A DNA stretch of 64,000 bases from a virus (IMGVR_UViG_3300022700_000208:1-64000); one strand, 5' to 3'; numbered from the stretch's first letter, positions 53,429-63,852 are shown. The notes: generated from the letters alone by a model not told the origin. Translations and numbers: made by a program.

Positions 53429-54121
53429 ATGGACATTAGGGAAATGTTTCAAAAGGTTCTGATCCAGTCAGGTCAGTTCCTTTTTACGACTGAAAACATT
53501 GAAATGAAGCCAGAGCAATTTGCTCATCTTGTAAGGCAGTGTGTTGCTACATACAATCGGTACAGTCCAGAAGTAAGAAAGCTATGGATTCCTCAGTTGG
53601 AATTGTCCAGGCAATACACCTTTCAGGATGCTCCAAGAAATGCTGATGGAACTCTTCAAAGTCTGGATGATCTTGGGGTTCCTGATTGGATCTCAGATGC
53701 AACACCTGTCAAATTCAGTGGGACGCTTCCTTTTCTTTTGAGGGAAGAATATCAAGTTAATCCTGAGCTTCAGATTAAGGAAACTCTTCCCTTTCAATAC
53801 AGGAAGCCCACACTCACTGTGTCTGTGTCGGCCAAGTATGAGGTCACTGCTGTTTATTATCATAAGGTTCTTAAGATCTCATCCACACAGACAACCCATG
53901 AGAAGTATGTGGTGGAGACTATTGATGATTCTGACGAGTTCTTTTTTGATCTCCTCACTGCCAGGTTTATGAAATCTACTGGAAGGTCCAGAAGAGCCTT
54001 CACGATTGAGGATCTTCCCATATCTGTTGAGGGTGATCTTTTTATTCAAGAGGGCAAAGACATGGAGGAGCAGGCTCTCATTGGAATGCAGGAGAACGCA
54101 TCCATAGAACTTGCAATGTAG
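53429..54121 (+). CDS. putative neck/head-tail adaptor protein
   Basis: Position after MCP; EGKDMEEQ tail like gp13-type proteins. Confidence 0.55.
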   Translation: MDIREMFQKVLIQSGQFLFTTENIEMKPEQFAHLVRQCVATYNRYSPEVRKLWIPQLELSRQYTFQDAPRNADGTLQSLDDLGVPDWISDATPVKFSGTLPFLLREEYQVNPELQIKETLPFQYRKPTLTVSVSAKYEVTAVYYHKVLKISSTQTTHEKYVVETIDDSDEFFFDLLTARFMKSTGRSRRAFTIEDLPISVEGDLFIQEGKDMEEQALIGMQENASIELAM

Positions 54122-54128
54122 GTGATAA

Positions 54129-54671
54129 ATGCCAGTAAAACAGGGCTTAGTTTTAAGAGAACTCAAAAGATTCAGAAAGGGTGCCCCTGGCAAGTATCCC
54201 TCCAAGCTCAAACTTTCCAAATTTGAGGAGAGTAATGCCAGAGGTATTAACTCTGTCACCTTCAGAGGAGTTGTAACAGGAGAGGAAGCCAGAGAAGCAG
54301 GAGGCGGGGGAAAGAGAAAGCAAAAATACCGCGTTGCTGTTCAATTTTTTGAGGTCAAGTTTAGTGAATCCAAGTCTAAGTTCTTTTCTGTTCCAGCTAG
54401 GATTCAGGGAAATCTTTTTTACAGACAGGTTCCTGACCTCAAAGAAAATTCTGTGAAAATGAAGTGCAGTTGTCCAGATTTTAGGTTCCGCTTTGAAAAA
54501 GAACTATTTGATAATAAAGGATTAATTGGAAGATTCAGGAAATACACAAGAAAAACACCGCCTCCTCCAGAGGGTTTTCCTTATGCTAACCCAGAGGAAC
54601 TTATGGGTTATTGTAAACACATTCACTCTTTTTTAACTAGGCTTAAGAACACAAAACGAATTAAGGGATAG
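54129..54671 (+). CDS. SWIM zinc-finger protein
   Basis: CSCPDF...YCKH. Confidence 0.8.
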   Translation: MPVKQGLVLRELKRFRKGAPGKYPSKLKLSKFEESNARGINSVTFRGVVTGEEAREAGGGGKRKQKYRVAVQFFEVKFSESKSKFFSVPARIQGNLFYRQVPDLKENSVKMKCSCPDFRFRFEKELFDNKGLIGRFRKYTRKTPPPPEGFPYANPEELMGYCKHIHSFLTRLKNTKRIKG

Positions 54672-54683
54672 GGAGGAAACAAA

Positions 54684-54974
54684 ATGAGCCGAGCCAAACA
54701 ATTATGCGAAAAGCTTTCTGGAAAAGATGAAAGTCAGAATACTCTTGATGAGGGAATGCGCGAGACTATTAAGACCATGAATTCCAAGCAAATGGCTGAA
54801 GCTTCAAGAGTAATGCAAGAGCGCATTGATGAAATTCTTGATCCTAAGGGACAACCTCCTTTTCCTGCTGGTCCCAAGTCAGTAGAGAAGATGCAAACAG
54901 CTAAAGAAAAGCTGGACTATGCTGACAAAATGCTTCGCAAAGTCCGTGAAAGATACGACGGTAAGAAGAAATAA
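54684..54974 (+). CDS. protein, MSKA-leader family
   Basis: MSRAKQLCEK...LDE-G. Confidence 0.75.
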   Translation: MSRAKQLCEKLSGKDESQNTLDEGMRETIKTMNSKQMAEASRVMQERIDEILDPKGQPPFPAGPKSVEKMQTAKEKLDYADKMLRKVRERYDGKKK

Positions 54975-54976
54975 TT

Positions 54977-55402
54977 ATGTCTCGATCAATCCTGGAAGTA
55001 TTTGAAAAACAAGAACAAGATAATAATCGTCGTTATCTTGAATATTTGATGGCCTACTATTCTTCCAGGATTATGGTCTTCCAGAGGATTCAAAACCGAA
55101 ACAGCAAGGTTTATGGTGATGCTTCTGGATCAGTTTCTAGGGAGCCTCTTGAGGAGATAGAGGGTATTGTTCTTTCAGATGATATGGTCCCTGTTTCCAC
55201 ATTTTCGGCTGGTACATTTGAGGGAGGAGTAATCCTTACCAGGAATGAGCAGCCAAACTTAGTTGGGAATGATATTCAGATCATAAGGGATGATTCCAAA
55301 GAACGCTTTTTCCATGTTCATTCTAGAGAGGCTCATGGATTTACCACTGAAACTTTTGTGAAATACAGGATTGCTTCAACGGAACCACATGAAGGCTCGT
55401 AA
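54977..55402 (+). CDS. putative head-closure protein
   Basis: Position and beta-rich pattern. Confidence 0.5.
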   Translation: MSRSILEVFEKQEQDNNRRYLEYLMAYYSSRIMVFQRIQNRNSKVYGDASGSVSREPLEEIEGIVLSDDMVPVSTFSAGTFEGGVILTRNEQPNLVGNDIQIIRDDSKERFFHVHSREAHGFTTETFVKYRIASTEPHEGS

Positions 55403-55661
55403 ACTAAAAGAAACAGTGAAACAGGCAAGAAAAGCTCTTGATGAAATGAATCTTCAAGATGCAGCCGAAGTTATTAGTAGACAGATTAATAATTCTGGTA
55501 AATATGAGTCTATTGCCAGGAAGTCGAGAGTTTATCTTTCTATGCCTGTGGATACTAAAATGAGAGCCTTCATTAAGGAAATAGCTATGGATGTTGGTGT
55601 TGAGGTTGAATACCTGGACAAGGGGAAGATCATCGAAGTGAAACCTCCAGAGATCGCTTAA
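55389..55661 (+). CDS. protein, MSKA-leader family
   Basis: MKARKLKETV...LDE. Confidence 0.65.
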   Translation: MKARKLKETVKQARKALDEMNLQDAAEVISRQINNSGKYESIARKSRVYLSMPVDTKMRAFIKEIAMDVGVEVEYLDKGKIIEVKPPEIA

Positions 55662-55662
55662 T

Positions 55663-56334
55663 ATGCCTGAGAATATTGCAGGGAGTCTCAAACAAGTTAA
55701 ATCCTCCGCTGTTTTTCCTCTGGAAATTCTTATGGAGGAATTTAAGAATGAGATTCCCTATGTACGTGTTGTCTATGATGAACAGCTTGAATATGAGTCT
55801 GTGATCACAAAACTGAGAAATGATGAGGCATTCACTACTCAAGGTCTCAGTCAGATTCCTGTAGTGGCATACAATCGGAGTGTTCTCAGACATGCCCAAG
55901 ATGCAGGGCCAGGAAGAAGGGCAGGAAGAATTCTGTCTAAAGGTCCAAAGCAGGGAGATCCCAATTCTCAGCTTATATATAGGTGGGTTCATGGGGAGTT
56001 TGATCTTAATTTTCGGTTTTTTACAACCAACATGGATCAATTGGAAAACTTTGAGATCTCTTATTTGGGTGAGGAAGGAATATCGGGGATTAGAAATTTA
56101 GACGTTAATATCCCAGATATTGGAGATTTTACTTGGTTTGTTCATCCCAGGGAATTGACAGAGAAAGTTATCCAAATTGAACAGGCTTACCATAAGGTAG
56201 TTGAGGGTAGCCTGGTTGTTAGAGGCAACTACTTTATTCTTAGGAATGAGGCTAAAAAGATTCTCACTGTTAATGCCAAGATTAACAATGAAGGTGGGAC
56301 AGTTACTCATTCTGATTTACAAGTAAATGCATAA
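55663..56334 (+). CDS. putative tail terminator/neck protein
   Basis: Position before sheath; PVVAYNRS. Confidence 0.55.
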   Translation: MPENIAGSLKQVKSSAVFPLEILMEEFKNEIPYVRVVYDEQLEYESVITKLRNDEAFTTQGLSQIPVVAYNRSVLRHAQDAGPGRRAGRILSKGPKQGDPNSQLIYRWVHGEFDLNFRFFTTNMDQLENFEISYLGEEGISGIRNLDVNIPDIGDFTWFVHPRELTEKVIQIEQAYHKVVEGSLVVRGNYFILRNEAKKILTVNAKINNEGGTVTHSDLQVNA

Positions 56335-56632
56335 TATCCAAGGAGGCATTGACATGGCTAAAAACAAACGAATCAAAACCTATGAGCCAAAAGGTGAAAG
56401 AGTTGAGGTAAAAGACAGCAGACATCAATATGTTCAGTACAGTGGTGAGATGCCTAAGGTGGAAGAAAAGAGAAACCCAGCCACTGTTATTAACAGATTT
56501 CCACATCCAATGACTCTTAGTTATGAGGGAAATGCAATGATCTTGCCTCCTAGAAGCCGAAATAAAATTGCCGATTCAGAGAAATTAGGACACATCCCCA
56601 AGGGAATTATGCTTGTAAGGGACAAAAAGTAA
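56327..56632 (+). CDS. hypothetical protein
   Basis: Probable start ATG 56354 after AGGAGG. Confidence 0.6.
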   Translation: MHNIQGGIDMAKNKRIKTYEPKGERVEVKDSRHQYVQYSGEMPKVEEKRNPATVINRFPHPMTLSYEGNAMILPPRSRNKIADSEKLGHIPKGIMLVRDKK

Positions 56633-56664
56633 TCAAACTTCAAACTTAATTTAAGGAGATCATT

Positions 56665-58662
56665 ATGCCATCAGCAAACGCTAGTATTTCTGAAATTGAT
56701 CTGTCCACAAGAGTTCCCTCATTTCCTGGGGCTTTTGGTGGAATCGTTATCCCAGCGGTTAAAGGACCAGTCAATCAACCTGTACTCGTGACAAGTCAAT
56801 CTCAGCTATTATCCATTTTCACTCCTGATGAAAAAGTGGAAGTTGGATTTGATTTGGCCTATTTCTCAGCTATGGCTTATTTGGAAAAGTCAGATAAGCT
56901 TTGGGCTGTACGAGCAGCCAAGGATGCCATCTTTGGTGGAGCCCTCATAAGGGAAGAAGGATCATCCAATGATAATAGCCCTCTTCCCTCAAGTGCAGAT
57001 CTCACTGATCCTGAAGGGTTTACCTTTGACAGCTTACCTGATCAGCCAGGAGTTGCAGAGGTCACTGAGTATGATTGGACTGGTCTTTCTGGATCAGATT
57101 TCGATGTTTCTGGGAGCGGCCTATCATTCCAGTTTTGGGATGGTGGAGATAATCCGCATTATATCTGGGTGAATGTTACAGATGGTGCCAATTCACAGAG
57201 TGATCCAGGTCTCTCAGGTACAGCTCATCAGCTAGATGTACTGGCTGCTGATGCCGCTACGGATCTTGCATCCAAGCATCAGGCATTGGTTGATGGTCTT
57301 ACTGAGTTCAGTGCATCAGTATCTTCTACAGTGGTTACAGTCACTAATGCCACTGAAGGTGATGCCACAGATGCTACTGATGTGGACTCTGGAGTTTCTA
57401 TCACCATCACCACTCAGGGACAGGATGAGATTGATAACCAAGACGAACTCATCCTTATCCATGGAAGCTCTCCTGGGGCTTTTGCCAATGATATCAGAAT
57501 CACTATCACTAATTTCACCGATGATGAAACCAGGGTTGCTATTGAGGGATCATTCATCATTGATGTGTATAAGGCAAGCAACACCAATGATCCAATTGAG
57601 TCCCACAGGGTGAGCCGTATTCCTGGCCTACAGGATGGCCGTGGAAGAAATCTTTACATTGAGGATGTTCTCCAGGCATCTAATTACATCAGGGCTCAGG
57701 ATAATCAGGCTGTTGATGAGAATGTTCTTCCTCAATCACAGCAAACTCCTCTGGCTTTGGCTGACGGGGACAATGGAACGGCTGTTACAGATGCTGAATT
57801 CATCACAGCAGCTCAGGCTCTCAGCAATCCTGATGATATCTTTACCACTCTTCTTATGGATGGTGGACATGCTACATCAGCCTACGCATTGGAGTTGACC
57901 TCCATTGCAGAGAACAGGAAAGATTCTGTAGCTCTTCTTTCCACTCCATTTGCTGCTGAGGCATCATCTTCATACATCACTGACCTTTTGGAATACAGAA
58001 ACACTGATCTTAATATCAATTCATCCTATGCGGCTCTTTATACTCCGCACGTTAGGATTTTTGACCGCTTCAATAGCAGGAACTTGTTTGTTTCTCCAGA
58101 AGGTTATGCAGCAGGGGTTATCTCTGAAACAGCAGCTAATGAGGAGATCTGGTTTCCTCCCGCAGGATTCAAGAGAGGAATCCTCAATGTCCTGGATCTT
58201 AAGCGTAGGTTCACTAAGGGAGAAATGGACACGCTTTATGATAATGGCATCAACCCTCTCAGGTTTGCTCCTGGCCGTGGAATTGCCATTTGGGGACAGA
58301 AAACGCTTCTTTCTAGGCCCTCAGCATTGGATAGGCTTAATGTTCGCTTGATGCTTATCACAGTGGAGCCAGCCATTAAGGAAGCTATGGAAGATTTCCT
58401 TTTTGAGCTGAATGATTCTGCAACCAGAGGGCTTGCTGTAGCTGTTATTAGCGGTGCTTTGGATCGAATCCAAGCAAGACGTGGAATCACTGAGTATCGG
58501 GTTGTGTCTGATGCTTCTAACAACTCTCCTCAGGATATTGATAATCACATTATGAATGTGGATGTATTTGTAAGGCCAACACCTTCACTTGAGTTCATCC
58601 CAGTCAGAATGATTATCACTCCTCAAAGTCTTAGCTTTGAGCTTGCTGCTCAAGCTGTTTAA
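56665..58662 (+). CDS. Contractile tail sheath protein
   Basis: EIDLS, KGPVNQP, WFPPAG..RG, WGQKTL, RLNVR, FELND, VRPTPSLEFI. Confidence 0.95.
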   Translation: MPSANASISEIDLSTRVPSFPGAFGGIVIPAVKGPVNQPVLVTSQSQLLSIFTPDEKVEVGFDLAYFSAMAYLEKSDKLWAVRAAKDAIFGGALIREEGSSNDNSPLPSSADLTDPEGFTFDSLPDQPGVAEVTEYDWTGLSGSDFDVSGSGLSFQFWDGGDNPHYIWVNVTDGANSQSDPGLSGTAHQLDVLAADAATDLASKHQALVDGLTEFSASVSSTVVTVTNATEGDATDATDVDSGVSITITTQGQDEIDNQDELILIHGSSPGAFANDIRITITNFTDDETRVAIEGSFIIDVYKASNTNDPIESHRVSRIPGLQDGRGRNLYIEDVLQASNYIRAQDNQAVDENVLPQSQQTPLALADGDNGTAVTDAEFITAAQALSNPDDIFTTLLMDGGHATSAYALELTSIAENRKDSVALLSTPFAAEASSSYITDLLEYRNTDLNINSSYAALYTPHVRIFDRFNSRNLFVSPEGYAAGVISETAANEEIWFPPAGFKRGILNVLDLKRRFTKGEMDTLYDNGINPLRFAPGRGIAIWGQKTLLSRPSALDRLNVRLMLITVEPAIKEAMEDFLFELNDSATRGLAVAVISGALDRIQARRGITEYRVVSDASNNSPQDIDNHIMNVDVFVRPTPSLEFIPVRMIITPQSLSFELAAQAV

Positions 58663-58690
58663 TTGAACTGAATTTTAAGGGAGGAAAATA

Positions 58691-59224
58691 ATGCCAAAGC
58701 CTACGTTGGATCAGATTAGGGGAGTTGGGGACTTTCAACAGGTACACAGATGGAATTTGAGGTTTGCCTCATTTCCCGTTCTCGGGTTTGGGGCAGCCCC
58801 CATTGCTGAGGCCCTGAATGTTAGATGTGAGTCAGCCACTGTCCCCAAGCAAACAGTCCAGTCAATTGAGATTGATATCAGGGGCCATAAGGTCAAACAG
58901 CCAGGAATTTCCAATTATGATAATACCTGGACTTTAACTTTTGTCGAAACTGTCGATACACTGGTAAGAACCTTCTTTAAGGGATGGAGAGAATCCATCT
59001 GGCAGACCAGAACAGGCATATCGGCAAACAAAGAAGACCTGGAAGCTACAGTAATCCTGGAGCAGCTCAATAATCAAGATGATGCTATTTGGCAGTACAC
59101 TGTATTTGGTGTCTATCTTGAGGATTCAGACTTTGGGACATTGGATGGGGCAACATCAGACGCTCAAAGGCCCTCATTTACCCTAAGTTATGATTTCTTT
59201 GATGATGTTCCTTTAGGAGCTTAA
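58691..59224 (+). CDS. Tail tube protein (gp19-like)
   Basis: Follows sheath; CESATVP, WTLTFVE, FTLSYD. Confidence 0.85.
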   Translation: MPKPTLDQIRGVGDFQQVHRWNLRFASFPVLGFGAAPIAEALNVRCESATVPKQTVQSIEIDIRGHKVKQPGISNYDNTWTLTFVETVDTLVRTFFKGWRESIWQTRTGISANKEDLEATVILEQLNNQDDAIWQYTVFGVYLEDSDFGTLDGATSDAQRPSFTLSYDFFDDVPLGA

Positions 59225-59893
59225 TTGGCTAAGTTTCTCGACCTGGACAGCACAATAGATAAGGCTCTTGGCCTTGATGAGTTTGGCATTGGCCAGCTCA
59301 GATCTATTGAATTTGGTAAAAAGTATCTGTGGGATATTAGGTTCAACACTGATGATCTTCCTGAGAGGATCAATCATAATCTGCCTAAAAAATTCCAGGG
59401 ATTTTTTCCTGCTTCCGATGTTGAGGAAAATAGAGCCAATCTTGAAAACTTCTCTTTTGAGGTTTTTATGAATTCCTACCAGGTTCCTAGAAAGAGCCAG
59501 GCTAAGGAAATAACAATCACTTTCTTTGATGATATTAAAAATGGTCTCCTTCAGTGGTTTGATGATTGGATTAATGTCCATATATTAAATAATGGGCAGT
59601 TCCTTTCCCCACTGGAGGATTGTGTAAGACTGGTAGACATACGCAAACTTAATAACAGACGCGAAATACAAACAAGAAACTCATACTGGGTTATCCCTCA
59701 AGGGCCAGTAACCTATGCAGGAACAAGTAGTTCCGAAGCTCAATCATATTCCCTCAGCTTTGTAGTTGTGGGAGAAGTAGATCAGGAAGGTCAGGGTAAT
59801 AATACCCGTGATCAACTAATAAAATCCTTTGGAAGACAAGCCATATCTGGAGGTGTGGGAACAGTCTTTAGGGGAGTTTCTTCAAATATTTGA
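59225..59893 (+). CDS. tube-like baseplate/tail tube initiator (gp54-like)
   Basis: ITITFFDD...WFDDW tube-fold pattern. Confidence 0.6.
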   Translation: MAKFLDLDSTIDKALGLDEFGIGQLRSIEFGKKYLWDIRFNTDDLPERINHNLPKKFQGFFPASDVEENRANLENFSFEVFMNSYQVPRKSQAKEITITFFDDIKNGLLQWFDDWINVHILNNGQFLSPLEDCVRLVDIRKLNNRREIQTRNSYWVIPQGPVTYAGTSSSEAQSYSLSFVVVGEVDQEGQGNNTRDQLIKSFGRQAISGGVGTVFRGVSSNI

Positions 59894-59917
59894 TGTGTCT
59901 GTTATTAAGGAGAGGCA

Positions 59918-60769
59918 ATGGCATTTTCACCTGAACAAGAGCAGTTAGAAAAAAACATACCTGATTATACCCCTCAAAAAACTGATCAAGAAAGCAAGAC
60001 TTCCCAATTCTCAGGATTCCTTCCTGAAATTTCCATGAAAATGGAAAACTTGCCTTCCCAGGGGAAAGCATATCCTCAGGGAGCTACGGTCAAATACCGT
60101 CCTTACCAGTACGGGGAAGTCAAAAAGATCAATCAATCCAACCTTACTCCCATTGAACAGTTTAAAGTGATCCTGGAAGGGATAGAGACAAATTTTGATA
60201 AGTATCAATTGTCTCTTGAGGACGCAATGTACATTGCCATCCTACGCAAGATATCCACTATTAATGATTCCAAAGTTCTTATTAAGTACAGATGCAATCA
60301 TTGTGATAAGGTTGGAGAATTTGAGATGCCCACAAAGGAGATTGAATTCTATGATCTCCAGGTTCCTTCTCTTCCTATGAAAGCTAACTTTAGTTTTGGA
60401 CAGTTGGATTTCTCACTATTTACTGTACAGGATTTTATAGATCTACAGGAAATGGGTGATGATTATGATAAGGACATGGCCTACATGGCAAAATGCTGTG
60501 TGAATAAGTCCTTTGATGCAGCCTACAATCTTATATATAAGATGCAGCAAAGACAGGACATAGCAATTCTTGAAAAAATTGATTCTTATCTTAGGCATGG
60601 GATCAAGCCTGTAGAGCATACTTGTCAGAATAAGTACACCGATAAGAAAGGTGAGGAAAAGACCTGTGGAAGAAAGGTCAGTGTTGGGCTTGATGGAGGG
60701 CAAGCCATCATACTTCCCTTTCGTAAAGATCAAGTCGATGTTGAAAGCAATATCAGCTTTGGCAATTAA
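59918..60769 (+). CDS. Baseplate hub/tail assembly chaperone (gp26-like)
   Basis: LPSQGKAY, VKYRPY, CNHC, C-terminal C..CG. Confidence 0.75.
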   Translation: MAFSPEQEQLEKNIPDYTPQKTDQESKTSQFSGFLPEISMKMENLPSQGKAYPQGATVKYRPYQYGEVKKINQSNLTPIEQFKVILEGIETNFDKYQLSLEDAMYIAILRKISTINDSKVLIKYRCNHCDKVGEFEMPTKEIEFYDLQVPSLPMKANFSFGQLDFSLFTVQDFIDLQEMGDDYDKDMAYMAKCCVNKSFDAAYNLIYKMQQRQDIAILEKIDSYLRHGIKPVEHTCQNKYTDKKGEEKTCGRKVSVGLDGGQAIILPFRKDQVDVESNISFGN

Positions 60770-60899
60770 AGGTGTTGTCGATGCATGGAATGTCAATTTC
60801 ATGGATTTTGCTGAAGTCAAGATGATTATTGATGAGTATGAAAATTATGTTCAAAAAGCTCAGGAACAAGCTCAAAGAAATAGGATGAAAAAGAACTAA
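60714..60899 (+). CDS. Short overlapping ORF (gp51-like or frameshift extension)
   Basis: +1 frame open across CCC-TTT-CGT; ATG at 60738. Confidence 0.55.
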   Translation, partial: FPFVKIKSMLKAISALAIKGVVDAWNVNFMDFAEVKMIIDEYENYVQKAQEQAQRNRMKKN

Positions 60900-63046
60900 T
60901 GGCCAATGGAAGAGCCCAGCTAAACAATTCACAGTCACTTAGGCAAAGAGCCTCTGGCTTCATAGGGGCAGGCAATCCCCATGGAGGAATGGATACCAGT
61001 GAATTGACTGATCAGCTATCCACTACCAGTACGCAATTGAAATTCCAGAGGAAGCTCATTAGCCAAAATACTGAGGCTTTGAAGTCTCTAGCTAATAGTA
61101 ACTCTGAGGTTTCTGAAGCTATTAAGGAAAATCTCAATGAGGAAACCTTTTCTCAGCTATCTAATGTAGCTGATAAGATTGTGGCTGGTCAGAGGGTGAC
61201 TGCTGAGCAGGGAGAATTCTTTGTTAATAACATCAAAGAAGTAACCAGCGCTCTTCAAAACAGTGGTGTGGAATTTGAAGCCAATCTCAGTGATGTTGTC
61301 GGCTCATTTAAGGAGATGATGAACAATGAGCAGGCAAGTCTTGAGACAAGAAATGAGGCCCTTCAGTCTCTAGTGTCAGGCTTAGATCAGCAATTTGCCG
61401 ATGGAGAGCAGCCAGAGGTTTTACAAGACCTCAAATCCCTTTCTGAAAAGGAATTGGAGTTCTCAGACAGGCAAACAGACAGACTTAACCAACTTCTTGA
61501 TGATCTGGCCGACAACACAACAGATGTAAAACTCTTAGGGACTCTCCAAAGACTGGAGAACCAGTTTGATATGCTGGTTACGACAAATCAGGAAATCGAG
61601 AGAGCCCTTGAATCCCAGGCAGGACCAGGCGGGGAAGAATTAGGGGAAAAGCTTCAAGAGGGCCTTGAGGAAGCTGTAGATCCAGGATTCTTTGAGACTA
61701 TGCTTGGTGGGGGAACTCTTCTCGGAGGACTCCTTGGAAGAGGACGTGGTGCAGGAGCAGCCGCTGGAACTGCTGCTAGAGCTGCTGGGGCTGCCCGTGG
61801 TGGAGGACTTCTCGGAGGACTCGGCGGGGCAGCCAGAACCCTTGGAAGGGGGGCCAAAATTGCAGGAAAGGCCAGTGGTGTTTTAGCCCTTGTTATGGGG
61901 GCTATTGATTTTGTCCAGGGATTTTCCAATGCAGCCGAGATTGCAGGAATTGAAGATCCCGATGATCTCAAGCTCAGTGACAAGATACAGGCTGGCTTTG
62001 CTTCAGCTATCTCAGGTCTTACTTTTGGGTTGGTTGATTCTCAGACAGTTTTTGAACAGATAGATAGGGGTATCAATTTTCTCTTTGGAGAAGGAGATGG
62101 ACTTCTTCCTAATAGTGCAGAGGCTCTCCAGAAAATACTCTCAGCCAATCCTATTGGATTTGTTATATCGAATTTTGACCGTCTTAAGGAGATGTTCTCT
62201 AAACTTTTTGGTGGAGAGGGAAGTTTTACTGAAAGACTTGGGACTTTTGCTGAAGATTTTGGTGTTCTTGTAGGAGAAGCCATTAAAGATTTATTTGAAG
62301 GTCTTCAGACACTCACCCAGGACTTATCTGATCTTGCTCCCAAAGTTGGACAGGCTCTTGGAAAAGGCATTCAAATGCTTGGAAGTCTTCTTATTGAGGG
62401 AGTTCAGAATCTTTTCACTGTGGAAAATATCAAGGCAGCTATAAGTGGGGTTCTCAGTATTGGTGACCTCATAACAGACATAGGATCAATTTTTACCAGA
62501 TTCCTTAGTGGTGTTTTTGAGGGAATACTGGGAGAAGGAAATATGGCTTCCATGGTTCTTGATATGCTTGCCAATGCCCAAGACAAAATATTTGAAGGTC
62601 TTCAGGCAAGCGTTGAAGATTTCAGTCTTGATAAAGCCAGAAAGGCCATGATTGGTGGATTGAAAGATGTAGTTCGGGGAGTTGTCCCTTCAATGGGGAT
62701 AGGTCTTGAAGACAAAGTTGTTAATGCCCTCTTTGGAGAAGAAACAGGAAGTGAGGGGGAGACAGTCCCTGGGGAAGAACAGCAAACTCCAACTCCTGTA
62801 GCAGGTGGGGCAGCAGGAGAAGCTACAGGAATTGGGGAATTAATACCTAATCTTTTTCAGCAGGAGACAACAGCCCAGACTGAGGCCACACAAAATCAAG
62901 CTGAGGGTGGAGGTCAGCAGCAACAGCCTGTAGCCATCCCCATGGCAGGCGGAGGACAGCAAAAACAAAAGACACCTCCAGCATCAAGAGAAACCAATGT
63001 GGATGATCTCTCCTTGTCTCTTCTTAACGTAGGAGCATTGGATTAA
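60899..63046 (+). CDS. Tape measure/baseplate hub protein
   Basis: Long helical Gly/Ala-rich protein, GLTFGLVD. Confidence 0.7.
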   Translation: MANGRAQLNNSQSLRQRASGFIGAGNPHGGMDTSELTDQLSTTSTQLKFQRKLISQNTEALKSLANSNSEVSEAIKENLNEETFSQLSNVADKIVAGQRVTAEQGEFFVNNIKEVTSALQNSGVEFEANLSDVVGSFKEMMNNEQASLETRNEALQSLVSGLDQQFADGEQPEVLQDLKSLSEKELEFSDRQTDRLNQLLDDLADNTTDVKLLGTLQRLENQFDMLVTTNQEIERALESQAGPGGEELGEKLQEGLEEAVDPGFFETMLGGGTLLGGLLGRGRGAGAAAGTAARAAGAARGGGLLGGLGGAARTLGRGAKIAGKASGVLALVMGAIDFVQGFSNAAEIAGIEDPDDLKLSDKIQAGFASAISGLTFGLVDSQTVFEQIDRGINFLFGEGDGLLPNSAEALQKILSANPIGFVISNFDRLKEMFSKLFGGEGSFTERLGTFAEDFGVLVGEAIKDLFEGLQTLTQDLSDLAPKVGQALGKGIQMLGSLLIEGVQNLFTVENIKAAISGVLSIGDLITDIGSIFTRFLSGVFEGILGEGNMASMVLDMLANAQDKIFEGLQASVEDFSLDKARKAMIGGLKDVVRGVVPSMGIGLEDKVVNALFGEETGSEGETVPGEEQQTPTPVAGGAAGEATGIGELIPNLFQQETTAQTEATQNQAEGGGQQQQPVAIPMAGGGQQKQKTPPASRETNVDDLSLSLLNVGALD

Positions 63047-63849
63047 TGGGTAAGATTGATTTTGAGCAACTAATAAATAATCAAAATGCAAGAGTTGTTA
63101 TTGATATTGGCAGAGGAGGAGGAAGACCTATTGTAGGCTTCATGCAAAGTGAAATCTCTGTTAATGGAAGCAATGAGTTTAATACCTTATTTGATACTTC
63201 CACCCAGGAATCCATAACAACTCTTACAAATAAGGCAAGACAGATTGCCCAGTCTGGAAGAGTTCAGCAATTTATTCAGGACAGCCCTGCTCAGGTTGAA
63301 GACTTAAGAAACGTATCTCTTATTAACGTGGCTCAGACAATTCAGGAATGGACAGCCAGCACTAGGCCAACATTTAGCATAAATATTTTATTCATAGCTA
63401 TAAGAAATGGGGATGATGTAAGGGTTCCTGCTACAAAACTTCTAAGTACAGTTTATCCAAACAAAACAACAGGTGGGTTTCTCTCGGCTCCCAATAATTT
63501 AACTCCCACGGCTCCAAACAGACCTGGAGTAGGAGCCGTTGAGATAGGAAAATGGTTCAGAGCCCCTGGGATCATATTTAAAGAAGTCAATAATACCTTC
63601 TCTAATCAAGTTATAAGACTAGATTCTGAGGGATCTGATACAGCTCCTCTTTATTGTATATCAACTATTCAATTTCAGCCGTTCAGGCAACCAACATTCT
63701 CTGAGATTTCCAAATACCTTAAACAAACTCCTTCTAATGTATTTGGGAACAGTCTTTATGAAAAAGACAAGACAGGAGAAACAAGGGCTCAAAGGGCTGT
63801 CAATCAGGAAGCTGGTTCTGGTTCAGTTTCAGGAAACTTGACGGGATAA
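63046..63849 (+). CDS. putative baseplate tube-cap protein (gp48-like)
   Basis: Position; WTASTRPTFSI, IGKWFRA. Confidence 0.55.
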   Translation: MGKIDFEQLINNQNARVVIDIGRGGGRPIVGFMQSEISVNGSNEFNTLFDTSTQESITTLTNKARQIAQSGRVQQFIQDSPAQVEDLRNVSLINVAQTIQEWTASTRPTFSINILFIAIRNGDDVRVPATKLLSTVYPNKTTGGFLSAPNNLTPTAPNRPGVGAVEIGKWFRAPGIIFKEVNNTFSNQVIRLDSEGSDTAPLYCISTIQFQPFRQPTFSEISKYLKQTPSNVFGNSLYEKDKTGETRAQRAVNQEAGSGSVSGNLTG

Positions 63850-63852
63850 ATT

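Noticed and set aside
61715-61835. Repeat ACTTCTCGGAGGACTC in the tape measure gene
   Set aside because: Encodes GLLGGL low-complexity repeats, ordinary for this protein
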